A stretch of 64,000 nucleotides of DNA from an uncultured delta proteobacterium. Lineage in GTDB: Bacteria; Desulfobacterota; Desulfobulbia; Desulfobulbales; JAGXFP01. Below are positions 10,454 to 18,708 of this stretch, in pieces. Under the pieces are notes generated by a model. It was not told the DNA's origin. It worked only from the letters and a program-made list of their open reading frames with translations, and did no database searches. The DNA lies in contig CAWEAD010000008.1 in assembly GCA_963807225.1 (NCBI GenBank), positions 337,763 to 401,762 of the forward strand, given 5' to 3'. A program made the translations under genes and the position numbers. How positions within the stretch are numbered: the first letter of the stretch is position 1; each line of letters begins with the position of its first letter.

Positions 10454-10680
10454 TTGGTCGCTTGCTTGATGAAGATTGATCGGCTGAGAATTTGTTAACC
10501 TATAAAAATACCGACCCCGGACCGGAGCGTCAACGGCAAAGATGCCCGGCTCCGCCGGTTGATTGCGGCTCCAGCGCCACTATGGTAGATTGTCGACCCG
10601 GCAAAGGGCCGGAAGTTAATCGTAACCCGGCTTGATACGAATCAGCTTCGTCAGCCTCTTCGTCCTTCGCCGAGATAAAG

Positions 10681-12903
10681 TTGTCCGGACGCTATCGGAA
10701 AGATATGCAACATTCCCTATTTATAAATGAAAAGAATCCTTCCGGTCCAGGGGCGGAAAAATTTCGGCGGGGTGATCTCAACGCGGCTCAATTGGAGGCG
10801 GCGACCGCCATGGGTGGCCCTCTTCTGGTAATCGCCGGGGCCGGCACCGGCAAAACCCGCACCCTGGTCTACCGCATGGCCTACCTGATCGAGCAGGGAG
10901 TACCGGCCGAGAATATTCTGCTTCTGACCTTTACCCGCAAGGCCGCCCAGGAGATGATCGAACGGGCCGCGCTCCTGATAAAAGACCCGGGACAACGCGT
11001 CACCGGCGGGACTTTCCACGCCATGGCCAACGTGCTGTTGCGCCGGCACGGGCATCATCTGGGCTATCCCCCCAACTTCACCATCCTAGACCGGGCCGAT
11101 TCCGAGGGCATCATCAACCTGCTCAAATCTTCACTGGAACTGGGCGGCACCGGCAAGCGCTTCCCCTCAAAGCGGATGGTCTGCAACATCTTCTCCCGGG
11201 CGGTCAATAAAGGACTGGGCTTGGAGGAGATCATCGACGAGCAGTATGGCCACCTGGCCGACTACGGCGAAGATCTGGCCCTGATCCAGGAGCATTACCG
11301 ACGCTTCAAGCTGGAGCACGGGCTGATGGATTACGACGACCTGCTGGTCAAGTTGCGGCAGGTGTTGAGTGAGTTCCCCCAGGTGCGAAGCGAGATCGCC
11401 GCCCGTTTCCAGCATATCCTGGTCGATGAGTACCAGGATACCAACCACATCCAGGCCGAGATTGTTCGTCTGATGGCCGGCGACCGGGGCAACGTCATGG
11501 TGGTGGGTGATGACTCCCAGTCGATTTACAGTTTCAGGGGCGCCGACTTCCGGAACATCATGGAGTTCCAACAGCTCTTTCCCGGAGCCCGTCTGATTCG
11601 GCTGGAGGAAAACTACCGTTCCACCCAGGCCATTCTGGCCTTGACCAACGCCATCATTGCGCAGGCCCGGGAGAAGTACGAGAAGAAACTGTTCAGCAAT
11701 ATCACCGGCGGCCAACGACCGGTGATTTATGGGGCCTGGGACGAAAAAGCCCAGGCCCGCTGGGTGGCTGAGCGTATCGCCGCCCTGCGGGAAGAGGGGG
11801 TGGTGCTGGAAGAGATTGCCGTGCTCTTCCGCTCCGGTTTCCATTCCTACAAGCTGGAGCTGGAATTGAACAACCGTCAGATCGGCTTCGAAAAACGCGG
11901 CGGCCAGAAACTGACCGAATCGGCCCATATCAAGGATATGCTCTCCTACCTCAGGGTGATCAACAACCCCCGCGATAATCTTTCCTGGAACCGGATTCTT
12001 CTCTTACTCGACAAGGTTGGTCCGAAGACTGCCCGGCAGATCCTGGCCGCCGTTCGTGAGGCCGAGGAACCCCTGGCGGCGCTACGGGCTTATCCGGCCG
12101 GCCGCAGCTGGCGGGGCGGTTTGCATGGTTTGGTGGCCCTGCTGGAGAAGGTTAGTGGCGAAGGTTGGTCGCCGGTAGAGATCTTCGACGAGGTAATGGA
12201 GTATTACCGGGAGCTCTTCGAGCGGATTTACCATGATGATTATCCCACCCGCAGCCGCGATCTGGAGCAGATGCGGCAGCTGGTCGCCGGCTATGCCGAT
12301 CTGCAGGGAATAATTGACGATACGGCCCTGGATCCGCCCGAGGCCAGTGACGAGTCGCTGGGCGGCCGCCTGGGTAAACCTGCCGGCCTGGTTCTTTCCA
12401 CCATTCATTCGGCCAAGGGGCTGGAGTGGGACCATGTCTTCGTTATCCATCTGACTGCCGGCCGTTTTCCCTCCAGCCAGCCTTTCATGAAAGATGAATG
12501 GGAGGAGGAGCGGCGGATGTTCTATGTCGCCGCCACCCGAGCCCGCCAGATGCTTTATCTCAGTTATCCCCGTGAGGTTCAGTCTTTCGACCAGCAGGCG
12601 GTGGCGGGGGGGATTTCCCCCTTCCTGGCCGAGGTACCGTCTGCGCTGCTGCAGAACTGGGATAGCCGGGCGAGCAGTCTGCCGGGCGTGGTTGATGCCG
12701 TTTCTCTTCGAAGTAGTAAATCTGGGGTAGCGTGTCGAGCGGTGCAGCCCCCCCCGACCGTTGGCGCCCGGGTCCGCCACCCATTTTTCGGCGAAGGCAA
12801 GGTAGAGAATATTTCCGGCAATCGGAGCGTGGATGTCTTTTTCCCCCGACACGGCCGCAAAACCCTGCATCTTGATTATGCCCGCTTAGAGGTGTTGGAA
12901 TGA
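10681..12903 (+). CDS. ATP-dependent DNA helicase, UvrD/Rep/PcrA family
   Basis: Walker A AGAGTGKT, VDEYQDTN, VVGDDSQSIYSFRGA, TIHSAKGLEWD. The ORF opens at TTG 10681; ATG 10705 is an alternative start. Confidence 0.9.
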   Translation: MSGRYRKDMQHSLFINEKNPSGPGAEKFRRGDLNAAQLEAATAMGGPLLVIAGAGTGKTRTLVYRMAYLIEQGVPAENILLLTFTRKAAQEMIERAALLIKDPGQRVTGGTFHAMANVLLRRHGHHLGYPPNFTILDRADSEGIINLLKSSLELGGTGKRFPSKRMVCNIFSRAVNKGLGLEEIIDEQYGHLADYGEDLALIQEHYRRFKLEHGLMDYDDLLVKLRQVLSEFPQVRSEIAARFQHILVDEYQDTNHIQAEIVRLMAGDRGNVMVVGDDSQSIYSFRGADFRNIMEFQQLFPGARLIRLEENYRSTQAILALTNAIIAQAREKYEKKLFSNITGGQRPVIYGAWDEKAQARWVAERIAALREEGVVLEEIAVLFRSGFHSYKLELELNNRQIGFEKRGGQKLTESAHIKDMLSYLRVINNPRDNLSWNRILLLLDKVGPKTARQILAAVREAEEPLAALRAYPAGRSWRGGLHGLVALLEKVSGEGWSPVEIFDEVMEYYRELFERIYHDDYPTRSRDLEQMRQLVAGYADLQGIIDDTALDPPEASDESLGGRLGKPAGLVLSTIHSAKGLEWDHVFVIHLTAGRFPSSQPFMKDEWEEERRMFYVAATRARQMLYLSYPREVQSFDQQAVAGGISPFLAEVPSALLQNWDSRASSLPGVVDAVSLRSSKSGVACRAVQPPPTVGARVRHPFFGEGKVENISGNRSVDVFFPRHGRKTLHLDYARLEVLE

Positions 12904-13114
12904 TGGCGTTTGCAGCGCACTGTAGCCGCTCGGAGTCTCACTTCGTTCGCTTACCGGTTATTGGCCTGTTTTCATACCCAAGTAAAGTGAACAGACCTCT
13001 GCCTCGCACCCCAAGAGCACTTCCTGCGGGGCGCATCTGCGGCACCCTGCAAAGGCCATCGATTTCCAAGTTGGCTATACTTTTGGGGATTTCCCCATTT
13101 GAGGGTTTGGATTG

Positions 13115-14455
13115 ATGAATTACCAAGAGGCCTGGGATTTTCTCAACGATCTGCAGTTTTTTAAGATCAAGCTGGGGCTCGAGTCCATGGGGGCCTTCCT
13201 GGACAGCCTCGGCAATCCGCAGCAACAGTTGAAGTTCGTCCATGTGGCCGGTACCAACGGTAAAGGTTCGGTCTGCACCAGCCTGTCGGCAATTTTGGGC
13301 CGGTCCGGATACCGGGTCGGGGTTTACACCTCGCCGCATCTCACTTCGGTACGAGAACGGTTCAGGATCAACGATGAGTATATCTCCGAGGAGGAGTTTG
13401 CCGAAGAGGCCACCGCCATCCGGCAGATCCTGGCCGGCCGGCAGATCACCTACTTTGAGTTTACCACCGCCCTGGCTCTGCTCTGGTTTGCCCGGCGCCG
13501 GGTCGATCTGGTTATCCTGGAAGTGGGGTTGGGAGGCAGGTTGGATGCCACCAACGTGGTGACGCCGCTGGTCGGCGTGGTCACCAATGTGGCCATGGAC
13601 CATGAGGCCTACCTGGGCAGCACTCTGGCCGAAATTGCCGCCGAGAAGGCCGGAATCGTCAAGTCCGGAGTTCCCCTGGTCTCGGCCATCGCGCCGGACG
13701 AAGGACGTGAGGTGTTGAGCCGTACCTGCAGTGAAAAAGGGGCACCACTCTACCTTCTGGGTCGGGATTTTCAAGTTACGACCCGGTCGGATGGTTCTTG
13801 GACCTATCGGGGGATTAACCCGGAGATGCTGCTTGACAACTTGCGGACCAATTTACTTGGTGACTACCAGCTGGATAACAGCGCGGTTGCTCTGGCGGTG
13901 AGCGAACTCTTGGGCCGGCAGGGCTTTTCGGTCAACCAGACACTGATCGGACCGGCGTTGAGCCAGGTCCGGTGGCCGGGCCGGTTGGAAAAATTCTGCC
14001 TTTCCGAACCGGGCCGAGAGAAAATCGTCTGTCCTGCCGGGCAGGCGAATTTGCCGGCCACCGGCTTTCGCCGCTATCTGCTGGACGGAGCCCATAATCC
14101 GGCCGGAGTCGAAAGTCTGGCTCGTTTTCTGGAAGATCGGAGAGAATATCGGGATCTGGTCATGGTCTGGTCCAGCATGTCGGACAAAGACTTTACCTCT
14201 TCTCTGGCCAGGATTATCCCGCTATGCCGGAAGATCATCTTCACCCGGCCGGAAGCGGAACGCTCCGCTACCCAGAATCAGTTGCGGGAATGCCTGCCGC
14301 CATCCTTTCGTGACCGGGCGCTGGCGGCCGCCGATATTGCCGAGGCACTGGCACAAGCCCGGCTCTTGACGGACGGACGCGATCTGATCGGTGTGGCCGG
14401 TTCTCTTTATCTGGTCGGGGCGGCTCGCAGGCAGCTCTTGGGAGAGATTGCCTGA
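13115..14455 (+). CDS. folC: bifunctional folylpolyglutamate synthase / dihydrofolate synthase
   Basis: VAGTNGKGS P-loop and Mur-ligase-like layout. ATG 13115 with a GAGGG RBS. Confidence 0.9.
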   Translation: MNYQEAWDFLNDLQFFKIKLGLESMGAFLDSLGNPQQQLKFVHVAGTNGKGSVCTSLSAILGRSGYRVGVYTSPHLTSVRERFRINDEYISEEEFAEEATAIRQILAGRQITYFEFTTALALLWFARRRVDLVILEVGLGGRLDATNVVTPLVGVVTNVAMDHEAYLGSTLAEIAAEKAGIVKSGVPLVSAIAPDEGREVLSRTCSEKGAPLYLLGRDFQVTTRSDGSWTYRGINPEMLLDNLRTNLLGDYQLDNSAVALAVSELLGRQGFSVNQTLIGPALSQVRWPGRLEKFCLSEPGREKIVCPAGQANLPATGFRRYLLDGAHNPAGVESLARFLEDRREYRDLVMVWSSMSDKDFTSSLARIIPLCRKIIFTRPEAERSATQNQLRECLPPSFRDRALAAADIAEALAQARLLTDGRDLIGVAGSLYLVGAARRQLLGEIA

Positions 14456-14763
14456 TGGGCTGGGATGAGGACAACTTCTTTGCCGGGGTCGACGAAGAGA
14501 TCATCAGGCAGGAAAAAGCCAAGGCGCGTGATCTCCGGAAAAGCCGCTGGTGGCAAGGCAAGCTGGCCGAAGGGCGGTGCCATTATTGTGGCCGGGCCAC
14601 GCCCAGGGCGGAATTGACCATGGACCATGTCGTGCCGCTGACCCGTGGGGGACGCAGCGTCAAGAGTAACCTGGTGGCCTGCTGCAAGGAGTGCAATAAC
14701 CGAAAGAAGAACCTGCTGCCGCAGGAGTGGGAAGAGTACCTGGAAAAATGCGGGGCCGGGTAA
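14455..14763 (+). CDS. HNH endonuclease (102 aa)
   Basis: CHYCG...MDHVVPLTRGG...NLVACCKECNNRKKN (HNH/CxxC zinc motif). The ATG overlaps the folC TGA (CTGATGG). Confidence 0.85.
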   Translation: MGWDEDNFFAGVDEEIIRQEKAKARDLRKSRWWQGKLAEGRCHYCGRATPRAELTMDHVVPLTRGGRSVKSNLVACCKECNNRKKNLLPQEWEEYLEKCGAG

Positions 14764-14774
14764 TTTCGGCCGGA

Positions 14775-15197
14775 TCAGTTGCTTTTCCGACTTCCCTGGC
14801 AATCGGGGCAGATGCCGTTGAAAGAGACATGATGCCCGGTAATTTGGTAGCCGGTAACCTCCTCAGCTTCGTTGTCCAGCAGTTGCTTCAGGGGAATGAA
14901 GACATCACTGACCCGGCCACATTTGTTGCAGTTGACATGATAGTGCGGTGAGGCGTTGCCGTCGAAGCGTTTATGGGGTTCACCGAAATCGAGCTTTTGA
15001 ATGGTGCCGCATTCATTGAGCAGTTCCAGATTCCGGTACACCGTGCCCAAACTGATCCGCGGCAGTTTTTTGCGCACCATCTCGTAGACATCGGCCGCCG
15101 TCGGATGCGAAGTTACCTTGCAGAGTTCCTCGAGGATGACCTTACGCTGACTGGTTTGCCGGATAATCTTGCCGAATTCTTTGGGATCGGTACTCAT
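14775..15197 (-). CDS. Fur-family metalloregulator (Fur/Zur/PerR type)
   Basis: 140 aa. wHTH N-terminus; HYHVNCNKCG...CPDCQG metal-binding cysteines. Confidence 0.9.
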   Translation of the reverse strand: MSTDPKEFGKIIRQTSQRKVILEELCKVTSHPTAADVYEMVRKKLPRISLGTVYRNLELLNECGTIQKLDFGEPHKRFDGNASPHYHVNCNKCGRVSDVFIPLKQLLDNEAEEVTGYQITGHHVSFNGICPDCQGSRKSN

Positions 15198-15293
15198 GAC
15201 GGTTTCCCCCTATGCAAAAATATAGTTAACAAATTCTATTAGTTCTTTTTTCAGGAAAAATCATTAAAAAATAATTTCCCCTATACTTGCCTT

Positions 15294-16394
15294 TCAGATT
15301 TCATCGCCCAGGCAAATCCCGATTTCCCTGGCGGTAAGGATCTTGTCGCTGTCCATGGGCACCTTTTTGCGCTGCTTGATCGCTTCCGCCAAGGGAATCG
15401 CTTCCATCTCGCCATTGACCAGGGCGACCATCTGATCAAACTGTTCCATTTCGGCCATGCGGACTGCCGCCGCGCCAAAACGCAAGGCCAGCAGGCGATC
15501 GAATGTGGTGGGTGAACCGCCCCTCTGCAAGTGGCCCAGGACCATGGAGCGGGTGTCCTTGCCGGCGCTTTGCCTGATCTGGTTGGCCACCCACTCGCCG
15601 ATTCCCCCCAGCAGCATTTCCTGGCGACCGATTTCCTGCGGGCTGCGGTCCTTCTGGAATACGCAACCTTCCTTGGCACAGGCCCCTTCGGCCACCACGA
15701 CGATGGCGTATTGTTTGCCGTGTAGTTCGTTGTCGGAAATCTTGCGACAGATGGCCTCGATGCTGAAGGGGATTTCCGGCAGCAAAATAACGTCGGCGCC
15801 GCCGGAGATCCCTGAACTAAGAGCGATCCATCCGGAATCTCGGCCCATTACCTCGACCACCATGACCCGGTCATGGGACTTGGCGGTGGAATGGAGTTTG
15901 TCGATGGCTTCGGTGGCGGTAGAGACGGCGGTATCGAAACCGAAGGTCATCTGGGTGGCTTCCAGGTCGTTATCGATGGTTTTGGGCACTCCGATTACCG
16001 GCATGCCTTTCTCGGTGGCGAAGCGATGGGCGATCTCCAGGCTGCCGTCGCCGCCCACGGCGATGTGACAGGAGAATCCCATTCTGGTGAAGTTTTTCAT
16101 CACCCGGTCCGAAACATCGCGGATCTGGTATTCTCCGGCCAGGTTCTCCACCGGCATGGCGAAAGGATTGCCCTTGTTGGTTGAGCCCAAGATTGTCCCG
16201 CCGGTGGGAGTGATGTCCTCGACCTTGTCGGCAGTGAGACGTACCAGTTCGTCCGGGTCCAGCAGGCCCTTATAGCCGGTGCGACTGCCGTATACTTCCC
16301 AATCCCGAAAAAGCGAGGCCTTGACCACCGAATAAATTACCGCGTTCAGGCCCGGGGCGTCACCGCCGCCGGTGGAGATTACGATTCTCTTCAT
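15294..16394 (-). CDS. pfk: 6-phosphofructokinase
   Basis: MKRIVISTGGGDAPGLN, GGDGS, TIDNDL, MGR motifs. Start placed at ATG 16394 rather than the ORF-track 16466. Confidence 0.93.
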   Translation of the reverse strand: MKRIVISTGGGDAPGLNAVIYSVVKASLFRDWEVYGSRTGYKGLLDPDELVRLTADKVEDITPTGGTILGSTNKGNPFAMPVENLAGEYQIRDVSDRVMKNFTRMGFSCHIAVGGDGSLEIAHRFATEKGMPVIGVPKTIDNDLEATQMTFGFDTAVSTATEAIDKLHSTAKSHDRVMVVEVMGRDSGWIALSSGISGGADVILLPEIPFSIEAICRKISDNELHGKQYAIVVVAEGACAKEGCVFQKDRSPQEIGRQEMLLGGIGEWVANQIRQSAGKDTRSMVLGHLQRGGSPTTFDRLLALRFGAAAVRMAEMEQFDQMVALVNGEMEAIPLAEAIKQRKKVPMDSDKILTAREIGICLGDEI

Positions 16395-16532
16395 GAATTT
16401 CCTCGAGTTATAATCTTGCCAGACTTTAGAATACCGATAGTTTATCAAATTTGGCAGAAATAACATGGGGTCTTCTGAAATTCCGTCCTATCCATAATCA
16501 TGAAAGTATTTAAATTATTTCTTAACGGTTGT

Positions 16533-16561
16533 TTGACATTTACCAATTGGAAACATATATG
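16533..16561 (+). promoter_or_regulatory. candidate sigma-70 promoter for the HesB-like gene
   Basis: TTGACA (16533-16538), a 17-nt spacer, then TATATG, in an AT-rich intergenic region. Pattern match only. Confidence 0.3.
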
Positions 16562-16687
16562 ATATATTACTAGTCAATAAGCTTTACTGATTTGAAGCAT
16601 GTCACTGTTAGGATGTAGTGAAGTTGTTTCGTGAAATCAAACCTTTGAAAGGGTTATTTTTTAATCTAACACATGGAGGATTTGGGT

Positions 16688-17020
16688 ATGTTGGAAGTTA
16701 CCGAACAGGCTCTTACAAACCTGAAGGCCTATCTGGAGCAGAACAGTATCAGTTCTGCCCTGCGAGTGGCCTTGATGCAGGGGGGCTGATCTGGTCCCTC
16801 TCTGGGCTTGGCTCTGGATGAGCCAAAAGACAACGATATGAAGGTAGAGGAAGGTGAACTGACTTTCCTGGTAGACAATGATCTGATGAAAAACTGCGGT
16901 GACATCAAGGTGGATTTCATCGATAGCGGTATGCGTTCGGGTTTCACCATCTCTTCCCGGATTCCGGTCAGTGGTGGCGGCGGTTGCGGCAGCAGCTGCG
17001 GATCCGGTAGCTGCGGCTGA
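16688..17020 (+). CDS. HesB/IscA-like Fe-S assembly protein, selenocysteine-containing (UGA at 16787-16789 read as Sec)
   Basis: ATG 16688 after a GGAGGA RBS. Translation MLEVTEQALTNLKAYLEQNSISSALRVALMQGG-U-SGPSLGLALDEPKDNDMKV...GFTISS...GGGGCGSSCGSGSCG. The TGA falls where IscA/HesB has the GCSG cysteine. The frame stays open and family-like to 17020. The ORF track splits this gene into unrelated pieces. Confidence 0.8.
16808..16826 (+). promoter_or_regulatory. SECIS-like hairpin downstream of the UGA
   Basis: TTGGCTC-TGGAT-GAGCCAA: a 7-bp perfect stem with a G/U-containing apical loop, starting 19 nt after the UGA. Confidence 0.5.
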
Positions 17021-17046
17021 TTGTTTACCAAAGCGAAGAATATAAA

Positions 17047-17075
17047 CCTCCGGCTTCGGCCGGGGGTTTTTTTTT
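17047..17075 (+). terminator. rho-independent terminator
   Basis: CCTCCGGC-TTCG-GCCGGGGG stem-loop followed by T9. Confidence 0.85.
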
Positions 17076-17205
17076 ACCTCAATCATAACCCCCTGCTTGC
17101 CTTATCTGCGATCTTGCTTGTGGTTTTCATCTGAGTTCAAGTTAAAATGATCGGGTAAATATCGGTCTGGCCCTCGGAGAAATTTAGTAATAAAGGAATT
17201 TCGAT

Positions 17206-18708
17206 ATGGGTTTGTCGATGCCGGCTAAATGTATCTTTCCGCTCTCCTGCCTGATCTTGGGGATTCTGGCTATCACGCTCCAGGCGGCGCCGGTGGGTGG
17301 TGGACAGATCCGGGAGCCGGCCTGGGCCGGGGCTTTTTACCCGGCGGATTCTTCCGCCCTGGCTGCCGCCATTGATTCCTACCGGGCCAAGGCGGCAAGC
17401 ACGGTTCTCAAACTTCCCCCGGCGCACTTGCGAGCATTGATCATGCCCCATGCCGGTTACCTATACTCCGGTTTGACGGCGGCTCATGCAGCTAGGGTCA
17501 TTTCCCCCGGGGAATTCTCCAAAGTAGTTCTGCTCGGACCGGACCACCGGGTGGGATTCCGTAATGGAGCCATCAGTTCGGCAGCTTTTTATCGCACCCC
17601 CCTGGGACTGGTCCAGCTGCATCCTGACGTAATTGCTTTGTTGCGACAGGAACAGCTTTTCCGATCCGTGCCCGCCTCGGATCGGGTCGAACACTCACTG
17701 GAAGTGGTTTTGCCATTTCTCCAGCGATTTATGGGAAGTTTTAAGTTGGTGCCGGTGGTTCTGGGACCAACCGATCCGGCCGCCATGGCTGCTGCCGTGG
17801 AGCCGCTTTTAGATACCCGGACCTTGCTGGTGGTCAGTAGCGACCTGTCCCATTATCTGCCCTATGAAGAGGCGGTGGTCCGTGACCGACAAACTATCGG
17901 CCAACTGCTGGACCTTGATGCGTCGGGCCTGGTGGCCGATAACAACCGGGCTTGCGGCCGGGAGGCTTTGTTGACCTTGTTGGAGTTGGCAAACCGGCAT
18001 CATTGGCGTCCGGTGTTGCTCCATTATGCCAACAGCGGCGATGCGACCGGTGAGCGAGACCGGGTGGTGGGCTACGCCGCACTTGCTTTCTATGCAGTGG
18101 AGAAGAACATGACTATGGAAAAATCGAATAAAATCGGCGCCGCCCAGGGTCAGCACCTGGTGCAACTGGCAAGGCAGACCATAAGTGAGCGGCTTCGGCA
18201 GCCGGTGGACCGGCTCCAGGCCGAGAATCTGGCTCAGGCTTTGCGAGCCTCGGTATTCCAGGAGAAGCGCGGGGTCTTCGTGACCTTACATAAACATGGC
18301 CAGTTGCGAGGATGCATCGGCAGTCTCAGTGGTTATCGATCAATTGTCGATGGGGTAAGGGAAAACGCGATCAACGCCGCCTTTAACGACTACCGCTTCG
18401 GGCCGGTGACTGCCGAGGAATTGGCCGATCTGGAGATTGAGGTATCCATCCTTACCGAACCACAGCCTCTGCAGTACGACGGGGCTGAACAACTGCTGAC
18501 CAGTTTGCGGCCCGGAATGGATGGAGTCATCATTCACAGGGGAGGGGCATCGGCTACCTTTCTGCCTCAGGTTTGGGAGCAGTTGCCCGAGCCGGCCGAT
18601 TTTCTGAGCCATCTCTGCCGGAAGGCCGGCTTGTCGCCGCAGGATTGGCGTCAGGGCGGCTTGGAGGTCCAGATCTATCAGGTGCAGTATTTTGCCGAGG
18701 AGAAGTGA
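17206..18708 (+). CDS. AmmeMemoRadiSam system protein B (Memo-like) fused to protein A (AMMECR1-like), with an N-terminal signal-like segment
   Basis: 500 aa. The N-terminal half has MPHAGYLYSG (Memo family); the C-terminal half has LRGCIGSL (AMMECR1). First 30 residues: MGLSMPAKCIFPLSCLILGILAITLQAAPV. Confidence 0.85.
   Translation: MGLSMPAKCIFPLSCLILGILAITLQAAPVGGGQIREPAWAGAFYPADSSALAAAIDSYRAKAASTVLKLPPAHLRALIMPHAGYLYSGLTAAHAARVISPGEFSKVVLLGPDHRVGFRNGAISSAAFYRTPLGLVQLHPDVIALLRQEQLFRSVPASDRVEHSLEVVLPFLQRFMGSFKLVPVVLGPTDPAAMAAAVEPLLDTRTLLVVSSDLSHYLPYEEAVVRDRQTIGQLLDLDASGLVADNNRACGREALLTLLELANRHHWRPVLLHYANSGDATGERDRVVGYAALAFYAVEKNMTMEKSNKIGAAQGQHLVQLARQTISERLRQPVDRLQAENLAQALRASVFQEKRGVFVTLHKHGQLRGCIGSLSGYRSIVDGVRENAINAAFNDYRFGPVTAEELADLEIEVSILTEPQPLQYDGAEQLLTSLRPGMDGVIIHRGGASATFLPQVWEQLPEPADFLSHLCRKAGLSPQDWRQGGLEVQIYQVQYFAEEK

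Noticed and set aside
12904-13114. The 211-bp gap between the helicase and folC as an ncRNA or small ORF (71-aa ORF at 12900-13115).
   Set aside because: I recognise no structural motif, and the ORF product is low-quality. This is left as plain intergenic DNA pending an Rfam scan.
16637-16662. Leader hairpin plus T6 (AACCTTTGAAAGGGTTATTTTTT) upstream of the selenoprotein gene as an attenuator or riboswitch terminator.
   Set aside because: The stem is only about 6 bp including a G-U pair, with a 4-nt loop. That is too weak to call without an alternative antiterminator structure or conservation data.
16618-16821. ORF-track 67-aa ORF overlapping the start of the HesB-like gene.
   Set aside because: It is in a different frame from the family-like translation, with no RBS and no recognisable content. 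It is superseded by the UGA read-through model at 16688-17020.
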